Assembly: GCF_000018105.1 (NCBI RefSeq)
Contig: NC_009925.1
Span: 2,490,001 to 2,522,000, forward strand
Length of the DNA stretch: 32,000 nucleotides
Reading direction: 5' to 3'
From: Acaryochloris marina MBIC11017
GTDB lineage: Bacteria > Cyanobacteriota > Cyanobacteriia > Thermosynechococcales > Thermosynechococcaceae
Positions 8,666 to 17,624 of the stretch are shown here, piece by piece. Under the pieces are notes generated by a model that worked only from the letters and a program-made list of their open reading frames with translations, ran no database searches and was not told the origin of the DNA. Within the stretch, counting starts at the first letter, position 1. Each line of letters opens with the position of its first letter. The position numbers and the translations under genes were made by a program.

Positions 8666-8694
8666 TTAGATGAGGCCGCCTATTCAACCTCCTG

Positions 8695-9468
8695 GTGCCA
8701 ACGGTGCAAATTCAACTCGTTTGGACTGATCCAACTTCTGGTAAAACCTATCAGCCCCATTTTCAGCCTCCGGTTGCTTTGGGACAAAGCTTTAATCTGA
8801 TGCCTGCCACCCATCAAGGGCAAGCAGTGAGTCGAATTGTGCTCCATGATGACGCAGTACAGGCATTTCATGCTTTGTTGGAAGTGCGACAGAGTAGCGT
8901 TTGGTTATGCAGCCAGGCAGACAGCCAAATTAACGGGGTCACTGTTACTGAGGGAGTTTTAACCCATGGTGACCGAATTCAGATCGGTCCCTTTGAACTC
9001 ACATTCACGCTTGTCCCAAAGCCAACCACCACCGAGGACCCCCTCCAAGATCAAGCATCGGCCATCAGTGGAGACTCTCGTTCTACCTCACTTTCGGGTA
9101 TGGCCCAGATCCCTACAGAGCGCCCCGCGCAAACAGCACAGGCGAATCGTTCTTCTAGGGAATGGGTTTGCGATCGCAAAATCGGTTTCTTGTTCAAACG
9201 GAACTGCGATCGCACCACAGCATTGGGATGTCCCTACTGTCTCGATGGTCAAAGCAAGCTCAACCAAGACCCTTACTGGTTAGACTATGACCTCTATCCT
9301 GGTTATGGCACCTATCGTCCCGGCAGTTGGGGCTATGAATACTATCGTGATCGCGCTTACTACTGTTACAACCGCGAATCCCGAAACGTCGACTTTACGG
9401 AAGCGGATGCCGCCAGCTTTGAAGAGGAATTAGACACAGATTACGAGATGAATTTTGGGGCCAGCTAA
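8695..9468 (+). CDS. FHA-like domain protein with a Cys4 and Tyr/Gly-rich acidic C-terminal tail
   Basis: GTG start 27 nt after the IS5 end. FHA-like core: SRIVLHDDAVQAFHALLEV...SQINGVTVTEGVLTHGDRIQIGPFELTF. The tail is WVCDRK..NCDR..GCPYCLDG followed by YWLDYDLYPGYGTYRPGSWGYEYYRDRAYYCY. Confidence 0.7.
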   Translation: MPTVQIQLVWTDPTSGKTYQPHFQPPVALGQSFNLMPATHQGQAVSRIVLHDDAVQAFHALLEVRQSSVWLCSQADSQINGVTVTEGVLTHGDRIQIGPFELTFTLVPKPTTTEDPLQDQASAISGDSRSTSLSGMAQIPTERPAQTAQANRSSREWVCDRKIGFLFKRNCDRTTALGCPYCLDGQSKLNQDPYWLDYDLYPGYGTYRPGSWGYEYYRDRAYYCYNRESRNVDFTEADAASFEEELDTDYEMNFGAS

Positions 9469-10469
9469 TGGCCACTTGGCTGATTTATGCCTTAGGTGGT
9501 GGCTGGGGACATCTCAATCGGGCCATCGCTTTGGGCCGACAGGCCGCCCCTCAGCATCACGTTCGCATCCTCACCAATTCACCCTATGCCCCTTGGGTTG
9601 AAACTCAATTGCATCAGATTGCTTGCAGCCCATCTGTGGTGTCGAATTTATCCTTGCAGATTTTGCCTACAGCTTCCTTTACCGAAACGCGGCATCAGGT
9701 GCAAAGGATAATTCAAAACAAAAATTATGACTGCTTAATCGTCGATACTTTTCCCCGTGGCTTGGGGGGAGAGTTGGTGGACTGCTTGCCCTCCCTCTCT
9801 TCTATTCCCACAATACTGATTCATCGGGATATCGATCCAGCTTACGTTCAAGCCAAGCAGGTGGGGCAATTTGTTGAGGCTTACTATGACACCATTCTAA
9901 TTCCAGGCGAGGGGGATGACGTCCCGTTTGCTGATTTTCCCCAAGCCGTTCATACCGAACCCTGGGTAATATTGAATGCCCCAGAGTTACCCCCTGTTCT
10001 GCCAACAGAAAAACCCACCCTCGTCGTCGTAGCAGCCGGGAATCTTGAGGAGATGGCTTTTTGGGGACAGTTGATGGTGCGATTACAGGCCACCTTTTCG
10101 GAAGCTAACTGCCGCTGTCTTGCCTATACTTGTCCTCCTGGGTGTCCACCCCACCTATGGATCCAACAATGGCCAGGACTGCCCATCTTGCACCAGGCTG
10201 ATGTGGTGATTGGCGGTGCAGGCTACAATACCGTCTTTGAATGTCACGCTTTGGGTAAGCCACTGATTGCCATTGCTTGGCCTCGTCAATATGATCAGCA
10301 ACGGCGCCGAGGTCAGCAATGGGCAACGCTGGTGGAGACGCCTCAAGCAGCTATAGATGCGGTAAAAGATTTATTGCAAGCTTCCCGGAATCCAAACCAG
10401 ATCCAACTGTATAGGAATGGGATTGGGGATGCGATCGCAATCATAGACAAGACATACTCAGCTCCATAG
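9468..10469 (+). CDS. GT-B fold glycosyltransferase (GT1/GT28, MurG/PseG-like)
   Basis: The ATG shares its A with the TAA stop of the FHA gene (TAATG at 9466-9470). N-terminal glycine loop GGGWGHLNRAIALG. C-terminal ADVVIGGAGYNTVFECHALGKPLIAI. Confidence 0.6.
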   Translation: MATWLIYALGGGWGHLNRAIALGRQAAPQHHVRILTNSPYAPWVETQLHQIACSPSVVSNLSLQILPTASFTETRHQVQRIIQNKNYDCLIVDTFPRGLGGELVDCLPSLSSIPTILIHRDIDPAYVQAKQVGQFVEAYYDTILIPGEGDDVPFADFPQAVHTEPWVILNAPELPPVLPTEKPTLVVVAAGNLEEMAFWGQLMVRLQATFSEANCRCLAYTCPPGCPPHLWIQQWPGLPILHQADVVIGGAGYNTVFECHALGKPLIAIAWPRQYDQQRRRGQQWATLVETPQAAIDAVKDLLQASRNPNQIQLYRNGIGDAIAIIDKTYSAP

Positions 10470-10781
10470 AGCCACAGGCAGCTCAATCCAAAGTTTCAAC
10501 CTCAACGTTTTGTGAGCAAGGCCCTATTGCTTCCAACCAGATATTGTTGATCTTGCGCTTCCGCAACAGCGAATCCTGAGCACTGAATTCCAGTCTATCT
10601 TCCAAGGTCTTGATGGCGCGTCACAGCATAACCAGAGGGGTTAATTAAGATCTTTTGAGGTTTTAACCGTTGACGAATGATGGGTAAAGCGCAGGGCTAC
10701 AGTACTAGTTAAGTGAAGTGACCCCCCAAGATTCGGACAAGTCCTTAAGCATCGTAATCTTGTACCGAATGAGGGAAATTA

Positions 10782-11087
10782 ATGTCATCAAAACGTCGTC
10801 AATATAGTGCTGAGTTCAAAGCTCAAGTGGTCTTACAATTGTTAAGCGGTGAAAAAACGAGCAGTGCATTGTGTCGCATCCATACCCTGCACTCTAGCCT
10901 CCTCAACCGCTGGCGCAAGGAATTTCTAGCGCACGCCAGTAGCATTTTTGAGAGTCAGAACAACGACGACAACGCTGAAGCGAAAATTGCTCAGTTAGAG
11001 CGTCTAGTCGGCCAATTGACGCTGCAATTAGAGATCGCAAAAAAAGCCTCAATGTCCTTACACCTAACCAAAAACGGCAGATGGTGA
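10782..11087 (+). CDS. IS3-family transposase OrfA (HTH)
   Basis: RRQYSAEFKAQVVLQLLSGEKTSSALCRIHTLHSSLLNRWRKEF is a typical IS3 OrfA HTH, followed by a leucine-zipper-like region. Confidence 0.85.
   Translation: MSSKRRQYSAEFKAQVVLQLLSGEKTSSALCRIHTLHSSLLNRWRKEFLAHASSIFESQNNDDNAEAKIAQLERLVGQLTLQLEIAKKASMSLHLTKNGRW
11039..11045 (+). other. Programmed -1 ribosomal frameshift site (A AAA AAA) joining OrfA to OrfB
   Basis: Seven consecutive A at 11039-11045, in register with the orfA codons AAA AAA. The -1 frame is open from here into orfB (KKSLNVLTPNQKRQMVRQL...). Confidence 0.7.
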
Positions 11088-11938
11088 GACAGTTGCAGCA
11101 GGACTATTCCATTCGCCAAATTTGTCAGGTACTCAATTACCCACGCTCTCAAGTGTATTACCATGCCAGAGGCCAACCGGATGAGAGCGAACTAAAAGCG
11201 GCCATTGCTGGAGTTGCTGGAGCCTATCCGACTTATGGCTATCGTCGAATCACCGCCCAACTGCAGCGTCAGGGGTATTGCGTTAACCATAAACGCGTGG
11301 CTCGACTAATGCGACAGATAGGGATTATGGCCAAGACCAAAGTCAAACGCAAACGCACCACCAATAGCGAACATTCGTTCCCTCGCTATGGCAATCGAGT
11401 GTTGAATCTCTCCATCGACCATCCTGAGCAGGTGTGGGTGGCGGACATCACGTACATTCGCTTACAGCAGGAGTTTGTCTATTTGGCCGTCGTGATGGAT
11501 GTCTTTACTCGCGCCATTCGTGGCTGGCATCTGTCCCGCCATATCGACCAGCAACTAACGTTGAGGGCGTTGAACAAGGCGTTGGAGCGGGCAACGCCTG
11601 AGATTCACCATTCTGACCAAGGGGTTCAGTATGCCGCTGCAGCCTATATGCAATTGCTCCAACAACACCAAGTGCAAATCAGTATGGCCGAGGTGGGACA
11701 GGCTTGGCAAAATGGCTATGCTGAGCGATTGATGAGAACGATAAAAGAAGAAGAGGTCGATTTATCAGACTATCGAAATTTTACTGAAGCGTATGAGCAC
11801 ATTGAGCAGTTTCTAGAAGATGTGTATATGCATAAGCGGATTCATTCATCACTGGGGTATTTGACACCCTGTGAATATGAGCAGCAGTGGAGACAACAGA
11901 ACAATCACTATTGTATGAATAAGGAGGATAGCGCTTAA
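11081..11938 (+). CDS. IS3-family transposase OrfB (DDE integrase core), expressed as an OrfAB fusion
   Basis: WVADITYI...HSDQGVQYAA...NGYAERLMRTIKEE is the rve-type D,D(35)E catalytic core. It lies in the -1 frame relative to orfA. Confidence 0.85.
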   Translation: MVRQLQQDYSIRQICQVLNYPRSQVYYHARGQPDESELKAAIAGVAGAYPTYGYRRITAQLQRQGYCVNHKRVARLMRQIGIMAKTKVKRKRTTNSEHSFPRYGNRVLNLSIDHPEQVWVADITYIRLQQEFVYLAVVMDVFTRAIRGWHLSRHIDQQLTLRALNKALERATPEIHHSDQGVQYAAAAYMQLLQQHQVQISMAEVGQAWQNGYAERLMRTIKEEEVDLSDYRNFTEAYEHIEQFLEDVYMHKRIHSSLGYLTPCEYEQQWRQQNNHYCMNKEDSA

Positions 11939-11996
11939 TTCATCTATTGCCCTGTCCGAATATAGGGGTTCACGTCATCGCCATTCCTAAAGACCC

Positions 11997-12662
11997 ATGT
12001 ATTTGCCATCTCCATCGCAACACAAATATCGACAGCTTTTTGGGGTGCTGATTGCCAATTATTTAGTCACTCCCTTTTTACAGGGTGGACTAGGCAGTCT
12101 CATCTCGGCCTTGCTACTGCTGTACGTGATGGTTGTGATTGTTAAAAGTTTTTCGCTCCCCCCAAAACTGTTTTGGGCATATGTCTTTATTGCGGTCTTA
12201 GCGTTCTCTCTGCAATTAGGCCCCAGAGTGGGATGGACTACAACTGCAACCTTACCGTTTTCTCTGCTTGCTCAATCCATTTATGTCCTCTATTTGGGGG
12301 TAGCCGCGTTGTTAATTATGCGGGAAATTATTACGGTCACCACCATCACTATGGATACGATTAGGGGAGGCATTTGCGCCTACTTTCTGCTTGCTTTTAT
12401 CTGGGCATTATTCTATGGCATGGTTGCAACCCTCAATCCCCATGCTTTTTCGGCAACTTTAATTCAGCCCGGTTCCTATTTACAACCCATTCACTTTAGC
12501 GTTACGACATTAACAACCCTCGGGTTTGGCGATATTGTTCCCGTGAGTACGTTAGCCATTGTGCTCACGGATACAGAAGCGATCATTGGTCAGCTCTACC
12601 CTACAGTATTCATCGCCATTCTGGTGGGTGGTTACTTGTCTCAGAAAGTAGATCAACCCTGA
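11997..12662 (+). CDS. Ion-channel protein with a K+ channel pore loop
   Basis: Multiple TM segments and a pore signature FSVTTLTTLGFGDIVP (T-x-G-F-G-D selectivity filter). The ATG is 19 nt after the IS3 right end. Confidence 0.7.
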   Translation: MYLPSPSQHKYRQLFGVLIANYLVTPFLQGGLGSLISALLLLYVMVVIVKSFSLPPKLFWAYVFIAVLAFSLQLGPRVGWTTTATLPFSLLAQSIYVLYLGVAALLIMREIITVTTITMDTIRGGICAYFLLAFIWALFYGMVATLNPHAFSATLIQPGSYLQPIHFSVTTLTTLGFGDIVPVSTLAIVLTDTEAIIGQLYPTVFIAILVGGYLSQKVDQP

Positions 12663-12815
12663 AGTCTCTCCTACTGTTTGAATCATCTTTATTGCGATAT
12701 CTGTATACGGTTTGTAATGCTATAGAAATCCCGTAAAGTAATAGCTATAAGCTTTATCACATCAGCCTTATGGGTTCAACCAGCGGCATAATCCTATCAA
12801 CATGGAACGAAACAC

Positions 12816-14300
12816 ATGAAGACGGATGAACGTACGCCAAAGGATACAGGAGATTTGGCTAATACTGATACTCCTTCTCAATTGGAACTAGATATTCAAG
12901 TCCCTGGAGACAAGCAGCCCCCCCACTCCAGACCTTCAGTATTTAGTAAAAAATCTCCCTGGCCCATTGCCATTCTCGTCATGTTGGTGATTGCAGGGTT
13001 GTTCGGATGGCGACTCTACAACAACAGTCAGTCTCCGGCCGTATCGGAACCTGAAACCACGTCTACAGCCAAATTACCGGTGCGGGCAGTGCGGGCTCAA
13101 CTCTCACCGATTCGCCGTTGGGTCACCAGCCCGGATGGCGATGTGAGAGCAGAACGATACAAACAACTGATTTTTGAATCCAGTGGAGAAGTCACCCAAC
13201 TCGCCAAAATCAATGGCCGCTTCCTGCGAGAAGGCGATCGCGTGGGTAAAGGTCAATTACTCGCAACCCTGGATGATCGCAAATATCAATCCGATATTCG
13301 AGCCGCTGCCGCCGATCGCGAAGTTGCCAAACGTACAGAAGAGCAGGCGGTGGCCAGCTTACGTCAGACAGAAGCCAATCTCAGGCAAGCCAAAGCTGAC
13401 CTAGAACTCGCAAAAATAGAAGCCAAACGACGACAAACCTTGTACAAACAGGGAGTGATTCCAGCGACGGAACGGGATACCTACAATAACCGCGTTATTC
13501 AGGCCCAAGTTGGGGTCAAGGTAGCCCAAGAAAATGTCAAAACGGCCCAAGATCAAATTGCCGTATCCAAGGCAGGGGTGGTCTCCAACCAAGCTCGATT
13601 ATTAAACACAGTGATTGCCAGGGAAGATACGCAGCTCGTGTCTCCCATCAATGGCATTGTCGCCTATATGAATATTCGGGAAGGAGAATATTGGAGTCCT
13701 TCCAGAGTACAGTCCGCCACCAGTTATCAAGCTGCTATCGAATCCGTCCCTATTGTGGTGGTTGACCCCAATAGTTTTGAGGTTGCCTTTGAACTTCCCG
13801 CCTCAGAAGGGAGTTTGCTGCGCCCCAATCAACCCGCCTATGTTGCCTTAGATGACGATATTAGCCAAGCCTTTGTCCAAGGGCTCAATCAAAGCAATCT
13901 CGTTAGTGTGTCTAAAGCTCGAGGCAAGGTGTTTTCCGTCACGCCAGCGGTCACTCCTGGGGGCAGAGCCGTCCAAGTGAGGGTTCGGATCACAGAAGGG
14001 CGAGAGAACTTACGCCTAGGAGCCCGTGTGCAAACCTGGATTGCTGCTCAATCCAGAAGCCAAGCCATTACGTTGCCCTTTGGGTCCGTGATCACCCGCG
14101 ATCGCAAATCCTATGTGTTTGTTGTCAATGAGGAGACGGGCCGAGTGGAGCAGCGTCCTGTGGTTTTAGATATTGAAGGGTTAGATCGGATCTCGATTGC
14201 TCAGGGACTACAGCCCGGTGAATTGGTGGTCACCGAAGGCAGTAATCGACTGGTGAATGATTCTCCCGTCGATGTTGTCGATATTGAAGATCCGGCCTAA
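12816..14300 (+). CDS. RND efflux periplasmic adaptor (membrane fusion protein, HlyD family)
   Basis: N-terminal TM anchor WPIAILVMLVIAGLFGW. Long alpha-hairpin region (EEQAVASLRQTEANLRQAKADLELAKIEAKRRQTLYKQGVI). Sits immediately upstream of the RND permease. Confidence 0.85.
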   Translation: MKTDERTPKDTGDLANTDTPSQLELDIQVPGDKQPPHSRPSVFSKKSPWPIAILVMLVIAGLFGWRLYNNSQSPAVSEPETTSTAKLPVRAVRAQLSPIRRWVTSPDGDVRAERYKQLIFESSGEVTQLAKINGRFLREGDRVGKGQLLATLDDRKYQSDIRAAAADREVAKRTEEQAVASLRQTEANLRQAKADLELAKIEAKRRQTLYKQGVIPATERDTYNNRVIQAQVGVKVAQENVKTAQDQIAVSKAGVVSNQARLLNTVIAREDTQLVSPINGIVAYMNIREGEYWSPSRVQSATSYQAAIESVPIVVVDPNSFEVAFELPASEGSLLRPNQPAYVALDDDISQAFVQGLNQSNLVSVSKARGKVFSVTPAVTPGGRAVQVRVRITEGRENLRLGARVQTWIAAQSRSQAITLPFGSVITRDRKSYVFVVNEETGRVEQRPVVLDIEGLDRISIAQGLQPGELVVTEGSNRLVNDSPVDVVDIEDPA

Positions 14301-14344
14301 GTCAGCAGATTGCATTACCGCACTACACCGCAAGGATAAACCCC

Positions 14345-17300
14345 ATGCAAACAGAGGATCGGCCAACTACCCTGGACGTTCGGGATGCCCCCGTGCATGG
14401 CGCTTCCGAGTTAGAGAACGCCTCTCCACTGGCTCAGTTTTTCTTTACCCGTCAGGTGTTTGGGATTCTGCTGTGTTTTTTGCTGGTGATGGGTGGCCTG
14501 ATGGGGTATGTCTCCATGGTCAAAGAATCCGACCCCGATATCAAAATTGCCCGAGCCAATATCACCACTGCTTGGCCCGGCACCGATGCCGAGACCATTG
14601 AAAACCGAGTCACGGACAAACTAGAAAAGGAAATTAAGTCCCTACAAGGCTTGAAGGATGTTAAAAGTGCCACCTTCAATTCCTATTCCATTATCGATGT
14701 TGAGTTTCGAGCAGAAGCCCCGGTGGCCTCATCGATTCAAGAGCTGCGAGGTAAAGTCGATGATGCAGAGCCAGAACTTCCTGCTGAATCCGAAGGGCGC
14801 GAGCAGTCCGATTTTGTCCAAGTGTCTCAACAAGATGCGCCAGTTTTAACGATTGGCCTATTTGGCCCCAACCTAGACGCCGCCACCTTAAGTCAAACCG
14901 CAGAAGATCTCAAAGACATCTTAGAGTCGGTTAAAAACCTGCGAGAAGTCAATCTATCAGGTAATCGGGATGAGGTTATTCATGTCCAGCTGATTCCCAG
15001 CCGTCTGACCAGCTTAGGCATTGCCTCTACACAGGTGCGAAACGCCATTCAAGGGGGCAATCAAGATGCGTCTTGGGATCGGGTTCGAGATGATGCCATT
15101 GGGGCTCAGGTCCGAATGTTCGGACGATTTCGCAGCATTCAGGATCTTAAATCTCTGCCCGTGGCTCGATTAACGGACAACCGAATTGTCCGCTTAGAAG
15201 AAGTGGCGGATGTGCGGCGAGATTTAGAGCGGGAAACCAATCGAGCCTTTCTCAGTTGGGAAAATCAGCCGTTCCAATCCACCATTACCTTAGACATCGT
15301 CAAAGTTGCTGGCAGTGACACCATTCAAGTGATTACTGATGCCCTACAAACCTTAGACGACGCCAGCCAAAATCCCAAGGTTTGGCCAGCCGGGATGGAA
15401 TATCGGATTCTGAACAACGATGCGATCACCATTAATGATGAACTCGCCAATTTGCTCAGTAATGTCGGTCAAGCCTCCTTTTTTGTCTTTATTATTCTCC
15501 TGGTGGCCCTAACCTGGCGAGAAGCGCTGATTGCGGGTTTAGCCATTCCCCTAACCTTTATTGGTGCCATCTTCTTCCTCTGGTTAGGGGGACAAACCCT
15601 CAACTCCATGGTGTTAATTGGCATGATCCTGGCCCTCGGGCTGCTGGTGGATGTGTTTATTTTGATGCTGGAAGGCATGCATGACGGCATTTTTGTCGAA
15701 GGTTTGGGATTTTCAGAATCAGCATTGCGGACCGTTAAAGCCTATGCTGGACCCGCCTTTGCAGGACAGCTCACCACCATCTTGGCCCTCGCCCCCTTGA
15801 TGGCGATTTCCGGCACCATGGGCAAATTTATTCGCCTGATTCCCATTAGCGCGATTACCTGTTTGGTGATCAGCTATTTCCTGTCCCTACTGGTGGTGAT
15901 TCCCCTATCCAAGTTTTTGCTGGGGAATGTCAAAGGTGGATCGAATAAAACCTTGGTGGATCGGATGACAGAAGTGGCCTCGGCCCGCTTTGCAGACTGG
16001 AGTCTGGCCATGACCGTTCCTAATAAGGCCGTGGCTCGGCTCTGGTCCTTGGGGGCAGTCGGACTCTTTGTCTTTGCCTGTGTTTTGTTTACCTCCTTGC
16101 CATCCAATCTATTCCCCCAAAATGACGGCACTAAGCTCAGTCTGAATGTAGAACTAGCCCCCAGCACAACTCTCGAAAGCTCCCAAACCGTCGCCGATCA
16201 AATGGGAGATTTGCTGCTGGCCTATCGCGATCCAGATGGTCAACCCGTCTTCAAAAGTGTGGTCAAGCTAGTGGGCAAACGCAGCAGCCTAGTCTCTTCC
16301 GGGGAATTGAAGCCCGGTAATGCTGACTATTTTGTGGGCTTCTCCGTCATCTTTGTCGAGTCCAACCAACGTCAACGTCAGTCTTTTGAATATGCGCGGG
16401 AGTTGCGATCGCAACTCCAAAACGAGATCCTCCGCAACTATCCTGGTTCCACCCTCGCCGTCCAATATGAGCGCGCGGGGGGCGGCGTCGATCCCATTCA
16501 AGTGGCCATTAGTGGAGAAGACATGCAGGTACTGAGAGAAATCTCTGTGCAGGTACAGCAAGTCTTGCGAGAGATTCCAGGAACGATGGATGTGCGAGAT
16601 GACCTCGGCAACTTGCGAGAAGACTACAAACTGATTCCGAAGCGAGAAGCCCTGGACTTCTATGGTCTGAGCCAAAGCGAGCTGGCCTCTCAAGGCCGCT
16701 ATTTAATGATTGATAACGATATTGGTGACTTTCCGATTGGCAGTGGGGAAGAAGATCTAGAGATCCATATGAGTACGCTTTGGCCCTCCCGCCAGGGAGA
16801 AGTCGGTGGACCGTCTCGCCAAGATGAATTTCAAACCATTCGGTTTGTGACTTCTGATGGGAAAACCATTCCGGCTGAAGCCGTGTTAGAACCCGCCCCT
16901 GGAGCCGTGCCTTTATCCATTACCCATCGCAAGAGCCAACGCACAGTCACGGTTTTAGCCAAAAACATTCCGGGCATTGGGGTATACGATGCCGATATTT
17001 TGGCCAAGCTAACGCCGAAACTCCAGGAAATGCAAAAAACCTGGCCCCAAGGCTATCAATATAGTTTCGGCGGCGATGCCGAGACTAGCGGTGAAACCTT
17101 TGGCTCCGCAGGTCAGATGTTGGTGGTCGCCATCTTCTTGGTCTTTGCTGTGTTAGTGCTGCAATTTGGCTCTTATTCTCAGCCTTTGATTATTATTCTC
17201 ACGATTCCGTTTGCCTTAACCGGAACCTTTATTGGCTTTTATTTCCTCAATTTACCCTTCTCGTTTCCAGCCGCCATTGGCGTCATTTCCTTAACGGGGA

Positions 17301-17593
17301 TTGTGGTCAATGATGCCATTGTGATGGTAGAGACCATGAATGAACGACGTAAACAGGGGTTAGAGGTCCGCCAAGCGGCGGCCTTGGGTGCGAGCGATCG
17401 CCTGCGTCCCATTTTGACCACCTCTATTACCACGGTGATTGGGCTACTCCCGTTGGCCTTCAGTGAAGCAGAATGGTTCCCCCTCTGTATGGCCATCATC
17501 TTTGGTCTGATCGCCGCCACGTTAATCGCCCTATTAGTGGTACCAGGACTCTACTTACAGCTCACCCCCAATAAGGTGCGAGTAGAACATTAA
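14345..17593 (+). CDS. RND efflux transporter permease (AcrB/AcrD/AcrF family)
   Basis: 1082 aa with the duplicated 6-TM plus large-loop architecture. Conserved TM4/TM10-type segments are LALGLLVDVFILMLEG and LTGIVVNDAIVMVETMNE. Confidence 0.9.
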   Translation: MQTEDRPTTLDVRDAPVHGASELENASPLAQFFFTRQVFGILLCFLLVMGGLMGYVSMVKESDPDIKIARANITTAWPGTDAETIENRVTDKLEKEIKSLQGLKDVKSATFNSYSIIDVEFRAEAPVASSIQELRGKVDDAEPELPAESEGREQSDFVQVSQQDAPVLTIGLFGPNLDAATLSQTAEDLKDILESVKNLREVNLSGNRDEVIHVQLIPSRLTSLGIASTQVRNAIQGGNQDASWDRVRDDAIGAQVRMFGRFRSIQDLKSLPVARLTDNRIVRLEEVADVRRDLERETNRAFLSWENQPFQSTITLDIVKVAGSDTIQVITDALQTLDDASQNPKVWPAGMEYRILNNDAITINDELANLLSNVGQASFFVFIILLVALTWREALIAGLAIPLTFIGAIFFLWLGGQTLNSMVLIGMILALGLLVDVFILMLEGMHDGIFVEGLGFSESALRTVKAYAGPAFAGQLTTILALAPLMAISGTMGKFIRLIPISAITCLVISYFLSLLVVIPLSKFLLGNVKGGSNKTLVDRMTEVASARFADWSLAMTVPNKAVARLWSLGAVGLFVFACVLFTSLPSNLFPQNDGTKLSLNVELAPSTTLESSQTVADQMGDLLLAYRDPDGQPVFKSVVKLVGKRSSLVSSGELKPGNADYFVGFSVIFVESNQRQRQSFEYARELRSQLQNEILRNYPGSTLAVQYERAGGGVDPIQVAISGEDMQVLREISVQVQQVLREIPGTMDVRDDLGNLREDYKLIPKREALDFYGLSQSELASQGRYLMIDNDIGDFPIGSGEEDLEIHMSTLWPSRQGEVGGPSRQDEFQTIRFVTSDGKTIPAEAVLEPAPGAVPLSITHRKSQRTVTVLAKNIPGIGVYDADILAKLTPKLQEMQKTWPQGYQYSFGGDAETSGETFGSAGQMLVVAIFLVFAVLVLQFGSYSQPLIIILTIPFALTGTFIGFYFLNLPFSFPAAIGVISLTGIVVNDAIVMVETMNERRKQGLEVRQAAALGASDRLRPILTTSITTVIGLLPLAFSEAEWFPLCMAIIFGLIAATLIALLVVPGLYLQLTPNKVRVEH

Positions 17594-17624
17594 GGATTCA
17601 GTCGTAGTCAAGACAGCACATCAC

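Larger units (their letters stand above)
10714..11977 (+). mobile_element. IS3-family insertion sequence, complete, 1264 bp
   Basis: Imperfect terminal inverted repeats starting TG...CA: tgaagtgaccccccaagattcggacaag at 10714 versus the reverse complement of ...ctgtccgaatataggggttcacgtca ending at 11977. It has orfA/orfB in 0/-1 frames with an A7 slippery run. Confidence 0.85.

Noticed and set aside
8966-9283. A 105-aa alternative-frame ORF inside the FHA-like gene.
   Set aside because: Its translation is Pro/Ser/Arg-rich and it is nested in the FHA frame, which has domain-like sequence. It is a shadow ORF.
12816-17593. The RND adaptor/permease pair has no adjacent outer-membrane factor gene, and the adaptor has a long N-terminal extension.
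   Set aside because: A TolC-like component encoded elsewhere is the common arrangement in many bacteria, including cyanobacteria. Nothing in the sequence suggests an unusual system.
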